Shown here: piece after piece, positions 26,688 to 36,558 of the stretch
Numbering within the stretch: position 1 is the stretch's first letter
How the letters are laid out: every line of letters begins with the position of its first letter
Assembly: GCA_034717975.1 (NCBI GenBank)
Contig: JAYEMF010000089.1
Location: 1 to 39,630 of the forward strand
Source: Campylobacterota bacterium
GTDB taxonomy: Bacteria > Campylobacterota > Campylobacteria > Campylobacterales > Sulfurimonadaceae
Direction: 5' to 3'
Length of the DNA stretch: 39,630 nucleotides
Translations under genes and position numbers: made by a program
The notes under the pieces: generated by a model
Told to the model about the DNA's origin: nothing
The model's input: only the letters and a program-made list of their open reading frames with translations
The model's database searches: none

Positions 26688-28362
26688 CGTTTTTCAGCCT
26701 TTCAAGGATGATATCGGCAACCCGAAAGGCATTGGCGTAGATCGTCCAGGTATATGGTACACTCCCGCCCGTCGGCATAAAACTGGCATCGCTCACATAA
26801 AGGTTATCAACTTCATGGGCCTTGCAGTTACGGTCAAGCACGGAGTGCTTTGGATCATCACCGAAACGGCATCCGCCTGCCACCAGGTTTGGCGGAGGTG
26901 ACTCGCTGATGGCGTAACTGATCTCGTCTGCTCCCATCTGTTTTAGAACCTTTACAGCTTTTTGTGCCAGGTACTCTCCGGTACTCAGGTCCTGTGGGTG
27001 GGAATAGAGTCGTATGGTACCGACCGGCACGCCCCATCTGTCTTTTACCTCTCTGTCTACACTTGCAAAGCAGTTGTCCGTTGGGTGCCAGTCATTAAAG
27101 ACTTCAAAGGTAAAGATACGTGATTGTGTAAACGCATAGTGAAGCTTCTTCTGCAAAGCTTTGCCCCAGACAAGGTCGCCCTTGACATCATAGAGCTCGC
27201 GCATGGCTCTGGATGTCGGATTGGCATGCTCATAAAGAAAGTCGATGGTTCCGCCTTTTATCTGTTTTCCATCCTTTTCATATTCGTACCAGTCCTGCAG
27301 TGATCGGTTTACAAAGGCTCCCCGTGTAAAAAGTCCATCTCGTTCAGCTTCCGACAGCTTTGATCTATGGATACGCCCCTGACCGCTTCCGCCGGCGGAG
27401 AAGATCAGATTCTTTCCAACCTGGCCGCTGTTGTTGGCCAGACCATTTGGAAAAGATGGAGCTATCGAGTTAAGAAGCAGTCTTGCGCTCTCTATCGCCT
27501 GTGTCGCAACGACAAAAAGTTTTGCTTCGATCTTCTTCGGTTTGCCATATCGGTCATAATAACAGGCATGGCTGACACTTTTTTTCTTATCGCTTTGAAG
27601 GTGATAGACAAAAGCGTGGGGAATGATCGTGCAGTTACCGCTCTTGAGTGCCTTATCCAGCAGTGCAGAACGCGCATTCCCCTTTGCCCCGGTTGCGCAG
27701 CCGTAACTTCCACAGAAGTTGGAGTAGGAGCAGCCTCGCCTCCCTAAAGTATCATGAGGAAGGATAGCTCTTGGTGTAGGAAGTGAGTGGTATCCGAGCT
27801 CTTCACAGGCCTGATCAAACCAGTTTGAAACAGGCTGCTCCCAGGTTGGTTCATACGGAAAGTTCGCGGTTGAACGCGGTTCCAGAAACGGATGTTTTAC
27901 GACCCTGCCCGAAATGCCGACAATACGCTCGACAAGTTCATAGTAAGGCTCAAGTTCATCATAATCAATCGGCCAGTCGACTACATTGGCGCCATCAACT
28001 TCACCAAAAGCAGATATCAGTTTAAAATCATTGGGCTTCATACGATGAAAATAGCCGCTCATCAGATTGGACGAACCGCCAACCATGGAGCCATTCCAGA
28101 AACTCCAGTTCGACTCACGCCCCTCCTTCCTGACAAGATCACCGTTATTATTGTAGTATTCAATGATATGCTGCTCGTCATCAAGTGATGGTGTATAGAG
28201 AGAGCGTCGACTCACAGCTATCTCATCTTTGCTGAAATCCTCTTCAGTGAGCCATGGCCCTTTCTCCAGTACAGCGACACTGTACCCCTGAGGTGAAAGT
28301 GTATAGGCTACCGGTGCAGCTCCTGCCCCGCTGCCCACAATGCATACGTCAAATTGCTTCAT
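26680..28362 (-). CDS. GMC family FAD oxidoreductase (gluconate/glucose dehydrogenase flavoprotein-like)
   Basis: VGSGAGA Rossmann motif, VGGSS, DWPI.Y.ELEPYY, Cys cluster CSYSNFCGSYGC and NLYVSDASFMP. Confidence 0.9.
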   Translation of the reverse strand: MKQFDVCIVGSGAGAAPVAYTLSPQGYSVAVLEKGPWLTEEDFSKDEIAVSRRSLYTPSLDDEQHIIEYYNNNGDLVRKEGRESNWSFWNGSMVGGSSNLMSGYFHRMKPNDFKLISAFGEVDGANVVDWPIDYDELEPYYELVERIVGISGRVVKHPFLEPRSTANFPYEPTWEQPVSNWFDQACEELGYHSLPTPRAILPHDTLGRRGCSYSNFCGSYGCATGAKGNARSALLDKALKSGNCTIIPHAFVYHLQSDKKKSVSHACYYDRYGKPKKIEAKLFVVATQAIESARLLLNSIAPSFPNGLANNSGQVGKNLIFSAGGSGQGRIHRSKLSEAERDGLFTRGAFVNRSLQDWYEYEKDGKQIKGGTIDFLYEHANPTSRAMRELYDVKGDLVWGKALQKKLHYAFTQSRIFTFEVFNDWHPTDNCFASVDREVKDRWGVPVGTIRLYSHPQDLSTGEYLAQKAVKVLKQMGADEISYAISESPPPNLVAGGCRFGDDPKHSVLDRNCKAHEVDNLYVSDASFMPTGGSVPYTWTIYANAFRVADIILERLKNDV

Positions 28363-28874
28363 GATAAAGCTCGTGAAGGACGGGGATAGCCAGGCTCGAG
28401 ATTAAGCCATCTCCACCCTTTTTGATCAATATTAGCACCATAAACGGGATCACAAAACATCGATTCAAAAAAATATTCCATCAGAAAATAGAGCCAGCTC
28501 TCTCCCCAATACTCTTTTGAGATCGAGTCAAGAATTGCACTGCGCTGATCAGAGTGAAGATTGAAGTACTTTTTACCGTAGCCAGTGATACTTTCCTCAT
28601 CCAGCCATTTGACGCCATTAAAGAGATAGGTTTTCCGCTCCTGCGGTATGCGCTCGTCTTGTAGTACACCACGCATGTAAGCGATAGTGTTTAGTTCGCG
28701 TGCACCGGGAGTATTATTGGAAGGGGGAAAGAGATCATCGTAAAGAAGTGCCATCGTTTGATAAGGCTCACGTAAAATCTTCACACTTCTGGCATATGAT
28801 TGTGCCTGAAGCGGTAAAGAGAGTGAACTGCACAAAAGCAGTGAGTGATGTATAAAACGACGACGTGAATTCAT
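28359..28874 (-). CDS. Gluconate 2-dehydrogenase subunit 3 family, Tat-exported small subunit
   Basis: MNSRRRFI twin-arginine signal, PGAREL and DPVYGAN..GWRWL motifs. ATGA overlap with the GMC gene. Confidence 0.85.
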   Translation of the reverse strand: MNSRRRFIHHSLLLCSSLSLPLQAQSYARSVKILREPYQTMALLYDDLFPPSNNTPGARELNTIAYMRGVLQDERIPQERKTYLFNGVKWLDEESITGYGKKYFNLHSDQRSAILDSISKEYWGESWLYFLMEYFFESMFCDPVYGANIDQKGWRWLNLEPGYPRPSRALS

Positions 28875-28881
28875 GCTTTGC

Positions 28882-28914
28882 ATTCTAGCATAGTATAAAC
28901 ATATTTGGTACAAT
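28882..28914. promoter_or_regulatory. Back-to-back extended -10 promoters
   Basis: Minus strand TG-C-TAGAAT (28890-28882) and plus strand TG-G-TACAAT (28906-28914). Confidence 0.65.
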
Positions 28915-28920
28915 ACGCGC

Positions 28921-29343
28921 ATGATTGAACTAGACAACCGGACGTCGCACGATGTCGACCTTGATTCCCTGGAAAAGATCGCTGACACGCTCACTGAAGA
29001 GATGATCGAACTGATAATAACGGATGACAAAGAGATTCAACGCTACAACAAAGAGTTTCGCCAGATCGATAAGGCTACGGATGTATTGAGCTTTCCGTAT
29101 GAGCCGATGCCGATGTCGCCGCTTGGCAGCATCATCATCTCATATGAGCATGCCATGACCGTATCCAAACGCCTTGGGCATTCGCCTGATGATGAGATGG
29201 CTCTGCTTTTTATTCATGGTATTCTGCATCTGTTGGGATATGATCACGAAGTGGACAGCGGTGAAATGCGCCAGAGGGAACGTGAACTGATCGAACAGTT
29301 TTCGCTTCCGGTGAGTTTGATTGTCAGAACTGAAGGAAGTTAA
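28921..29343 (+). CDS. ybeY: rRNA maturation endoribonuclease YbeY
   Basis: TDVLSFP and HGILHLLGYDH motifs. Confidence 0.96.
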   Translation: MIELDNRTSHDVDLDSLEKIADTLTEEMIELIITDDKEIQRYNKEFRQIDKATDVLSFPYEPMPMSPLGSIIISYEHAMTVSKRLGHSPDDEMALLFIHGILHLLGYDHEVDSGEMRQRERELIEQFSLPVSLIVRTEGS

Positions 29344-30278
29344 TGGATTTTATTATTTTTATTGCGGCAATGGCCGCTCTGATATATGGAGCAGATTTCA
29401 TCATCAAAGAGTCGGAGCGTATCGCTTTACATTTCAACATCTCTCACTTTGTGATCGGAGCCACTCTTATTGCATTCGGCACATCTCTGCCGGAGATGGC
29501 AGCTTCGATGATGGCAAGTGCTGATGGCAAGAGCGATATGGCGGTTGCCAATGTGATCGGAAGTGTCACTTTCAATATCACGCTTGTACTCGGTTCCGTC
29601 TTTATGATTGCCCGCTTTATGAGTCCGGAACGCAACCTTTTTGCAAAAGACAGTGCATGGATACTGCTGCCGGTAATTGTTTTTATGTTGATGATCCATG
29701 ACGGCCAGATCAGCCGCTTCGATGGGTTTCTATTTCTCTTTTTGATGGTGGCCTATCTTCTGTTTCTCTTTACCGATGCCAAAGAAGAGATTGAAGGTGA
29801 GCTGGATGAAGATCTTGAGAAAGAGAAGTTTTTATGGATGAAAACGATTCTTCTGCTTGGGGCAGGTTTTGTCTTTACCATAGGCGGCGCACACTTCGTC
29901 ATCGAGAGCGGTTCAAGTATAGCCCGTACATTTGGTGTAAGCGAGTGGATCATAGGTCTTTTTATGATCTCTTTGGGAACATCGTTACCGGAACTTGTTG
30001 TCTCTTTGGTCGCCATTAAAAAGGGAAATGCCGATATGAGTATCGGTAATATCATCGGGTCCAATGTAGCGAATTTTTCGATGGTTTTGGGTGCTGCTTC
30101 TCTCATCGCCCCACTTTCAATTAATGCCCAGGCCAACTGGTACGATATAATGATAATGATAGCCGCATCACTTGCCCTGCTTCTGATCCTGGCTAACAAG
30201 CTTTACAATAAAGCGGGAGCTATCTTCCTGTTCGTACTGCTGGCACTCTTCATTCAGAACAGCTTACAGACGCTTTAG
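29343..30278 (+). CDS. Calcium/sodium antiporter (YrbG/CaCA family)
   Basis: Two GTSLPE alpha-repeats with NVIGS/NIIGSN, polytopic membrane protein. Confidence 0.93.
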   Translation: MDFIIFIAAMAALIYGADFIIKESERIALHFNISHFVIGATLIAFGTSLPEMAASMMASADGKSDMAVANVIGSVTFNITLVLGSVFMIARFMSPERNLFAKDSAWILLPVIVFMLMIHDGQISRFDGFLFLFLMVAYLLFLFTDAKEEIEGELDEDLEKEKFLWMKTILLLGAGFVFTIGGAHFVIESGSSIARTFGVSEWIIGLFMISLGTSLPELVVSLVAIKKGNADMSIGNIIGSNVANFSMVLGAASLIAPLSINAQANWYDIMIMIAASLALLLILANKLYNKAGAIFLFVLLALFIQNSLQTL

Positions 30279-30325
30279 GAGAGCTCTAAAAAGGATTTGC
30301 AATCGATACCGCACTTTATGATGCC

Positions 30326-31795
30326 TTGCGATTGTCACTTTCTGAGCAGCTTCCAGCTGACATGTATGTGCTGGACTTTACCAAAGAGCATTATGATGCC
30401 CTGCTTAAAAGCCTGGAAACAGAGTTCTCCCCCGAGCTTCTCCGCCAGAAAAAAGGAACGATAAAACAAGCCATAACAGAACATTTTGCCCAAACTTTTC
30501 AGGAGATCATCCTCTCTGTTTATGAGGAGCATATAGAGGTAAACAAGACACTTATAGACCCCTCAAAAGACGCTGCATTTGACAGGTGTCTTGTTCAATG
30601 CGATCTTAAACTGCTGGAGATCAAAAACAATCCGGAACGCTACCAGCCAGTTGATATCCTCTGGGCGATACCGCATGAGAGACGTGTTGAACTCTTCAGT
30701 TATTTCAACACGGCTTTGAGTAATGAAGAGATCAAAGAACAGATTCGGGATCGCTTATCAGTGCTGTTTGAGCTAGATGAAGATGAGATCATCCTTTTTT
30801 TACGAAACAATATCTACATACGTAAAAATGTTGCTGCGCAGAAGAAGCGTGAAGCCCAGGAGCGCCGTTTTGCCGGAAAATCGCCTGAAGAGATGAAAGA
30901 GCTTTGTACAGACTATTTTCCTGATGGCATATGGCCAGGTATTGAAGCACTTCTGCCCGATACCATTGAAGACCGACTGAACTTTTCGACCATAAGCAAT
31001 CGAAAGTTTATTAAAACCTTTATACCGGTATTCCGCTCCATGGTAGAGATCATGTTGCTTGAAAAGATAAAAGATTTAGGCAGAGACGACCTGATCGCTT
31101 TTTCCGGATTTACATTACGTAATAATTTTGACGCTATTTTAACGGTTACCGCTAAAAACCTATTGGAACATATTGAAAAACGCGATAAAAATGCAGAAAC
31201 TTTCATCAAATACTACGATGGCAGTGTCATTATCGATGATGAGGGTAAAAAAGTCGTACAGCATGCCATTTTAGATGTGCATAATCAAAAATGGAACTAC
31301 AGCTCCATTCTTTCCATACTGATGCAGTGGAAAGAGGCAAAGGTGCGTGCGGCCACTTACGAAGAGAAACTGAAACAACTGCTTGAACGTCAGCATACGG
31401 CTGAGGAGGCTGTAGAGAAGCTTGAACCGGCCAACAAAGGTGCTGTTCACGAAATTGATCTCTTCAAAGAGAAGGTAAACAACAATCGTAAAGCTTTCAA
31501 GGCACTCAAAACGGAGTGTGAACGCTCTTCAAAAATTATGCAGGCAAAACGGCCTGAGCTTATCAAGCTGCGTGACCTTGACCGTGATCTGGTAAATCAG
31601 CTAAAAAAGATCTATGAAAAGCATGATAAAGTACTAAAACAGTATAGCAATCGTGAAAAAGAGTTTCAGAACTGGCACAGACAAGCATCAGACCATGCAA
31701 AACAGTTTAAAGAGGTGTTGGCGCAAAAGAAGGTAATCAAGGGAAACTATGACGGAATTATCCGTGCCCTGATCACTGTTTTTGCAAAACGCTAA
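30326..31795 (+). CDS. Hypothetical protein with long C-terminal coiled coil (start uncertain)
   Basis: 489-codon ORF with a K/E/Q-rich heptad-like C-terminal third. No recognised motif. Confidence 0.75.
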   Translation: MRLSLSEQLPADMYVLDFTKEHYDALLKSLETEFSPELLRQKKGTIKQAITEHFAQTFQEIILSVYEEHIEVNKTLIDPSKDAAFDRCLVQCDLKLLEIKNNPERYQPVDILWAIPHERRVELFSYFNTALSNEEIKEQIRDRLSVLFELDEDEIILFLRNNIYIRKNVAAQKKREAQERRFAGKSPEEMKELCTDYFPDGIWPGIEALLPDTIEDRLNFSTISNRKFIKTFIPVFRSMVEIMLLEKIKDLGRDDLIAFSGFTLRNNFDAILTVTAKNLLEHIEKRDKNAETFIKYYDGSVIIDDEGKKVVQHAILDVHNQKWNYSSILSILMQWKEAKVRAATYEEKLKQLLERQHTAEEAVEKLEPANKGAVHEIDLFKEKVNNNRKAFKALKTECERSSKIMQAKRPELIKLRDLDRDLVNQLKKIYEKHDKVLKQYSNREKEFQNWHRQASDHAKQFKEVLAQKKVIKGNYDGIIRALITVFAKR

Positions 31796-33586
31796 CTATT
31801 TTCTTCTTTTGATGTAGCCAAGCTCATAAAGCTTGTTATAGATTTTTGAAACGATGCCACCGGCGGCCTCGCCTCCGTGTCCGCCATGCTCGACCATGAC
31901 GGTTACAATGTATTTGGGATGATTCATCGGCCCATAGGTGCTGAACCATGCGTGCGAACGTGTATAGTAAGCCATTTCATGCTCTTTGATACGATCTTTG
32001 GTTTCCTGCAGAATACCGACAACCTGAGCGGTACCTGTTTTACCGGCAATACGCACTTTAGATGAGAGATACTGAGTGGCCGTACCCTTTGGATGGTTAC
32101 ACACTTCGCGCATGGCACGCTGAATAATCGGAAGTTTGGCTTTTTGCTCCTTGGTTAAGACATCTTCTTTTTCTGATAGATAAGGTTCGTCATTCAATGC
32201 CATGGCCAAATGAGGTTTGGGAAGTTTTCCTGTCGCCATCAGAGCAGTAAACTGTGCCATCTGAAGCGGCGTGACAAGAAAGTCGCCCTGCCCGATAGAG
32301 GTATTGAGTGTTTCGCCGCGATACCATGGCTGATTGTGTCGCTGACGTTTCCAGATACGACTGGGTACAGTGCCGATGAACTCATTCGAAAGATCAATAC
32401 CGGTTTTTTTGCCCAGTCCCATCCCCCTAAGGCCTTCACTCATAGTGGCGATCCCGACTTTCAGACTCCCTTTATAGAAGTAGTCATCACAACTTTCGCG
32501 GATGGCCTTATTGACATCTGTCTCTTTATGTCCCTTTGTCTTCCAGCAGCGAAAGTTTCGATTACCGAGTTTCATAGAGCCCGAACAGTACACCTTCCAC
32601 CACTGACTGATACCGCTTGTGATATAGACCAGGCCCAGGCCTGTTTTAATCGTTGAGCCGGGGGGATAAAGACCGTTGATGATCTTATTTGTAAATGGCA
32701 CATCAAGATTATTGATAAGGCTGTTCCATTTTTTGGTACTGATCCCGGATACAAAGGCATTAATATCATATTCCGGATAACTTCCTGCAGCCAAGATGGC
32801 ACCGTCTGTATCCATCACGATGGCTGCCCCGGCCTTTCCTTTAAAAAGTTCCGACATAAGAGTTTGCAAACGCATGTCGATGGTGAGAAGGAGCTTGGAG
32901 TTCTCTATGGGTTTAACAATCCCAAGTTCACGGATCTCTTCATTATGGGCGGTTACTTTGATCTTGCGCTCACCGGGTGTGCCTTGCAGGAATTGATTAT
33001 AGTACTTTTCAACACCACTCTTTCCTACCGTACCGACAAGATTGACGATGGGGTCACTGTCACTCTCTTTTTTATTGGCCTTCGATACATAACCAATCAC
33101 ATGCGCGGCTGTTTTGCGATTTGGATAGTAGCGTTTTGGTGCAGGAACGACTTTAAGGCTCTCTCGAAGTGTTAAAATTGAATATACAGGCATGATATCT
33201 TCGTATGAGATAAAGTCGACGATCTCAATAAAATGGTGGTTGTAATAGGAGTCTTGCTTTAGATAGTTTTTCAGCAGTTTGTCACGGTCAAGAAAAGGGA
33301 GTTTTCCTACAATGACATTGATCTCTTCCTCAAGAAGCGGGCGATTTTTTTTACCGCTCAAATGGGGACGAAGCTTGATCCTGAAACCGAGTTTATTGAT
33401 CGCGATAGGCATTTTATTGCGGTCAAGAATCTCACCGCGTACGGGTGCAATCATCTCGTTCTTGATTGTATTTTTATTTGAGAGTGCCTCATAATAGTCG
33501 TTGGATTTAATCGAAAGGTAAAAGATGCGTACCAGTAGTCCCAACCAGACAATGATAAAGACCCCAATAATAATTCTACTTCTCAC
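31796..33586 (-). CDS. mrdA: Penicillin-binding protein 2
   Basis: RGEILDRN, PGSTIK (SxxK), SCD, GKTGTAQV and HAWF motifs. Confidence 0.96.
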   Translation of the reverse strand: MRSRIIIGVFIIVWLGLLVRIFYLSIKSNDYYEALSNKNTIKNEMIAPVRGEILDRNKMPIAINKLGFRIKLRPHLSGKKNRPLLEEEINVIVGKLPFLDRDKLLKNYLKQDSYYNHHFIEIVDFISYEDIMPVYSILTLRESLKVVPAPKRYYPNRKTAAHVIGYVSKANKKESDSDPIVNLVGTVGKSGVEKYYNQFLQGTPGERKIKVTAHNEEIRELGIVKPIENSKLLLTIDMRLQTLMSELFKGKAGAAIVMDTDGAILAAGSYPEYDINAFVSGISTKKWNSLINNLDVPFTNKIINGLYPPGSTIKTGLGLVYITSGISQWWKVYCSGSMKLGNRNFRCWKTKGHKETDVNKAIRESCDDYFYKGSLKVGIATMSEGLRGMGLGKKTGIDLSNEFIGTVPSRIWKRQRHNQPWYRGETLNTSIGQGDFLVTPLQMAQFTALMATGKLPKPHLAMALNDEPYLSEKEDVLTKEQKAKLPIIQRAMREVCNHPKGTATQYLSSKVRIAGKTGTAQVVGILQETKDRIKEHEMAYYTRSHAWFSTYGPMNHPKYIVTVMVEHGGHGGEAAGGIVSKIYNKLYELGYIKRRK

Positions 33587-34035
33587 AGCGTACTCACGAT
33601 CAGAAACTCAATAACTATATAGTAAACAATATACCAGTCAATTGATGGCAGAGGCATCCAGAAAACCTGGTGTATCAACCAGGAGAAAAGAAGGTAACCC
33701 AGATAAAGCAGTGCTACATAGATGAAATTCAGACACCCGCGACAATTAATATACTGCTGAAGTTTTGGGACGACAATATACTGGAAGAGTCCCAGGTAGA
33801 CCACCGAAGAGAAAAGTAAAAACCCCTTCTCCACCTCAAGTATCAGCAGCATGGCTACTATCATTAGAAGATAGCTGAAGTTTTGTTGTCGCAACGCTTT
33901 TCGGTAGTGCCAGAACAGGACACCCAGAAGTGGCGGCAAGAAGAGGTAGATACTGCTCATACTGATATAGATCAGATAGGCAATAACGTAAGACAGCCCT
34001 AAAAGAGCTGTTTGATAAGTGAGATTTCGTTGCAT
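33583..34035 (-). CDS. Membrane protein, MreD-like by position
   Basis: Several TM segments, directly upstream of mrdA. Start approximate. Confidence 0.7.
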   Translation of the reverse strand: MQRNLTYQTALLGLSYVIAYLIYISMSSIYLFLPPLLGVLFWHYRKALRQQNFSYLLMIVAMLLILEVEKGFLLFSSVVYLGLFQYIVVPKLQQYINCRGCLNFIYVALLYLGYLLFSWLIHQVFWMPLPSIDWYIVYYIVIEFLIVSTL

Positions 34036-34463
34036 ACCGGAAAGTGTTTGCATTTAATACAATCTGCCCATATTTTATGTTCTGGGAGTGACTCTTTTGG
34101 AATCTCTTCAAAGCCCATCTTCTCAAAGAACTCACGGTGGTAGGTCAAGGCAAGTATCTCTTTCAATCCCAGGGCTTTTGCTTCAGTAAGCGCATGCTTA
34201 ACAAGTGCAGAACCAATAGCTTTGGAGCGATAATCCAGATCTATGATCAGTGAACGGACTTCGGCTAACTGAGGTGTATGAATATGCAGTGCAACAAACC
34301 CGATCAGCTTTTCATCGTCCACTGCAAGATGATAGGAGCGGATATTGGTAGCTATCTCATTGTCACTGCGCATCAGGATCACTCCGGACTCCACTTCGGG
34401 TGCAACAAGCTGTTGCATAGCCGGGATATCTGCCAGTAAAGCTTTACGGTACTTAATGGCCAT
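33999..34463 (-). CDS. GNAT N-acetyltransferase (short ArgA-like N-acetylglutamate synthase)
   Basis: LAEVRSL, LALTY..FFEKMGF and KIWADCIKC...CNE motifs. Confidence 0.85.
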   Translation of the reverse strand: MAIKYRKALLADIPAMQQLVAPEVESGVILMRSDNEIATNIRSYHLAVDDEKLIGFVALHIHTPQLAEVRSLIIDLDYRSKAIGSALVKHALTEAKALGLKEILALTYHREFFEKMGFEEIPKESLPEHKIWADCIKCKHFPVCNEISLIKQLF

Positions 34464-35070
34464 CATTTTCCTCAAAGACAACGTTATAGATATATGAAGT
34501 AAGTTTGTCGATACCCCGTTTTTTCGTATTGGAGATCATCATGGCACCAGGATAGTCTCTCTTAAGAGCACCCAGCTCTTTTTGATTGAGCTTGTCAATT
34601 TTTGTAAAGATACGCAAGATGACCTGGTCCGGCGTGCAGACCTGCTCCAGATACTCATCGACAGACCGGTCAATCTCCAGGTTGGGATGACGTGCATCGA
34701 TAAGGTGAACAAAGAGCTTGATCTGCTTGCGCTCGGCGATAAATGTCGTTAAGTTCTTCTCCCAATCTGATTTGATGGATTTGGAGACTCTGGCATATCC
34801 AAACCCCGGAAGGTCAACAAGCTGGAGTGAAGACTTCTCATTGGTCTCTCGATTGAGGAACAGAGCGTTAAAATAGTTTATTAACCGTGTCTTTCCGGGC
34901 GTTGCAGAGACCTTGGCCAGTCCTTTACGGTTTGTCAACGCATTGAGCAGCGAGCTTTTTCCAACGTTTGACCTGGCCATAAAGACTACTTCATTTTGAA
35001 GCTCATTGGGCGGAGAAAGCTTGATATTTGGTGCCGATGTTAGAAAAGAGGCATCGATGATATCTATCAT
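34453..35070 (-). CDS. yihA: Ribosome biogenesis GTPase YihA/YsxC
   Basis: RSNVGKSS, TPGKT, DLPGFG and TKIDK motifs. Confidence 0.95.
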   Translation of the reverse strand: MIDIIDASFLTSAPNIKLSPPNELQNEVVFMARSNVGKSSLLNALTNRKGLAKVSATPGKTRLINYFNALFLNRETNEKSSLQLVDLPGFGYARVSKSIKSDWEKNLTTFIAERKQIKLFVHLIDARHPNLEIDRSVDEYLEQVCTPDQVILRIFTKIDKLNQKELGALKRDYPGAMMISNTKKRGIDKLTSYIYNVVFEENDGH

Positions 35071-35543
35071 TTTGACTCGTTCTTATCGGGTATATCGAAA
35101 ATCATAATGACAGGTTTTCGTTCAGCACCTTTGGCAAAAGCTTTCCCTTTGATCGTATCAATAATCACTTCATCCCCGGTGATATCTTTTTTCTGGTTGA
35201 TCTGCTGAAGATGGACATCGGTATAGAACTTATATATCTTCTTAATCGGCAGCAGAACCGCTTTCTGGGATGTGCCGCGATAGGTATCATCTGTCTCTGT
35301 TTTAATATAAAAAGAGACATCGCCTTCAACTACCATCTTCTTAGGCTTTTGGTCTGCATCTGTATAGACAGTCACCTTCGATGCATTCAGTTCGTCACTT
35401 CCCTTTTTAATTTTGACATTTCCGATAAAAATTGAAGTCCTTTTTTTCTCATCGGCCTTGAAACTGTCAGCGACAATTTTCAGCTGTTCAGCATTGAGAG
35501 ATGCGAGAAGCAGTGCAAAGATTATAATAGAGTGTCGTATCAA
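35067..35543 (-). CDS. lptA: LPS transport periplasmic protein
   Basis: Signal peptide, OstA-like beta-rich sequence (FIGNVKIKKG..L.A.KV), downstream of lptC. Confidence 0.85.
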   Translation of the reverse strand: MIRHSIIIFALLLASLNAEQLKIVADSFKADEKKRTSIFIGNVKIKKGSDELNASKVTVYTDADQKPKKMVVEGDVSFYIKTETDDTYRGTSQKAVLLPIKKIYKFYTDVHLQQINQKKDITGDEVIIDTIKGKAFAKGAERKPVIMIFDIPDKNESK

Positions 35544-36067
35544 TGGTTATCCTTTTTGGTTTTTAAAGTATAGTATCCGGTAACCTTCTTGGCTTTGACT
35601 ATGCCCTTCTTGCTATTGTAATACAGAGCAGTACCATCAATTTTATCCTGGTTCTGAACAACGGTAAAAGGACCCTTTGTTTTGGCTACCCCTTTTTTTT
35701 GATTATAAAATGCTTCATCGCTCATAAAGCTCAATCCATCTGCACGCGCATAGTGGACATTTCTTTCAAGGTAGACTTTTTCACCTTGATAGCGGGCAAA
35801 ATCCGAGACCATGTTCTGGAGATAGGCATGTGAGTTGTCCGTAAAGTTGGCATCATATACTTCATAACGGTTGTCATAACGCTCACCGGAAGAGCCCTTC
35901 ATGACACTCTGCAATCCACTCTGTTTCAGTTCATAGACCGTAAATTTTTTTAAATCCAGCAGAGCAATCTCCTTTTTTTCCTGTTTTTCAATGACCATTG
36001 GACGAAACAGCATAAAAACAGCTATCAAGCCAAGTGTAAGGATGGAAAAAAAGTAATTGACATTCAT
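35540..36067 (-). CDS. lptC: LPS export protein LptC
   Basis: N-terminal TM plus beta-rich domain in kdsC-lptC-lptA order. Confidence 0.75.
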   Translation of the reverse strand: MNVNYFFSILTLGLIAVFMLFRPMVIEKQEKKEIALLDLKKFTVYELKQSGLQSVMKGSSGERYDNRYEVYDANFTDNSHAYLQNMVSDFARYQGEKVYLERNVHYARADGLSFMSDEAFYNQKKGVAKTKGPFTVVQNQDKIDGTALYYNSKKGIVKAKKVTGYYTLKTKKDNH

Positions 36068-36558
36068 TGCCAAAATGCCAAAAAGTCGGTCTCACGGTCA
36101 CTCTCGCGCACAATCTGCTCGATCATCTCACGCACAGAAGCTTCTCCGCCATTTTGCTGCAGTACAGTATCAGATACTGCTTTGAGATAATGCGATGCAT
36201 TGTTGGGCACAAAAGCGTGACCGACAAATTTCAGCATCTTGTAGTCATTAAGATCATCACCGATAGCTGCGATCTGTGATGCATCGATATTCAGTTCATC
36301 TGCCAACTGTGCAAGGACTTCAGACTTGTTGCTGACGCCCTGATAGAGATGGACGATACCAAGCTCGTCGGCACGGCGTTTGACAATGGCTGACTTTCTG
36401 CCTGTAATAATAGCCACTTCATTGCCCATACGCATCCATGTCTTGATGGCGAGACCATCTTTGACATTGAACGATTTGATCTCATCACCTTCCGCGGTAT
36501 AGGTGATCTTCCCATCGGTCAGACAGCCGTCTACATCGAGTACGATCAGTTTGATCAC
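36064..36558 (-). CDS. kdsC: KDO 8-phosphate phosphatase
   Basis: LDVDGCLTDG, FNVKDG, IITGR and GDDLND motifs. Confidence 0.93.
   Translation of the reverse strand: MIKLIVLDVDGCLTDGKITYTAEGDEIKSFNVKDGLAIKTWMRMGNEVAIITGRKSAIVKRRADELGIVHLYQGVSNKSEVLAQLADELNIDASQIAAIGDDLNDYKMLKFVGHAFVPNNASHYLKAVSDTVLQQNGGEASVREMIEQIVRESDRETDFLAFWQ

Noticed and set aside
28875..29030. N-terminal extensions in the ORF track (29030, 21644, 941, 905, 118, 10215)
   Set aside because: Downstream starts fit signal peptides, SD or promoter positions better and, in most cases, avoid overlap with neighbouring genes or the repeat.
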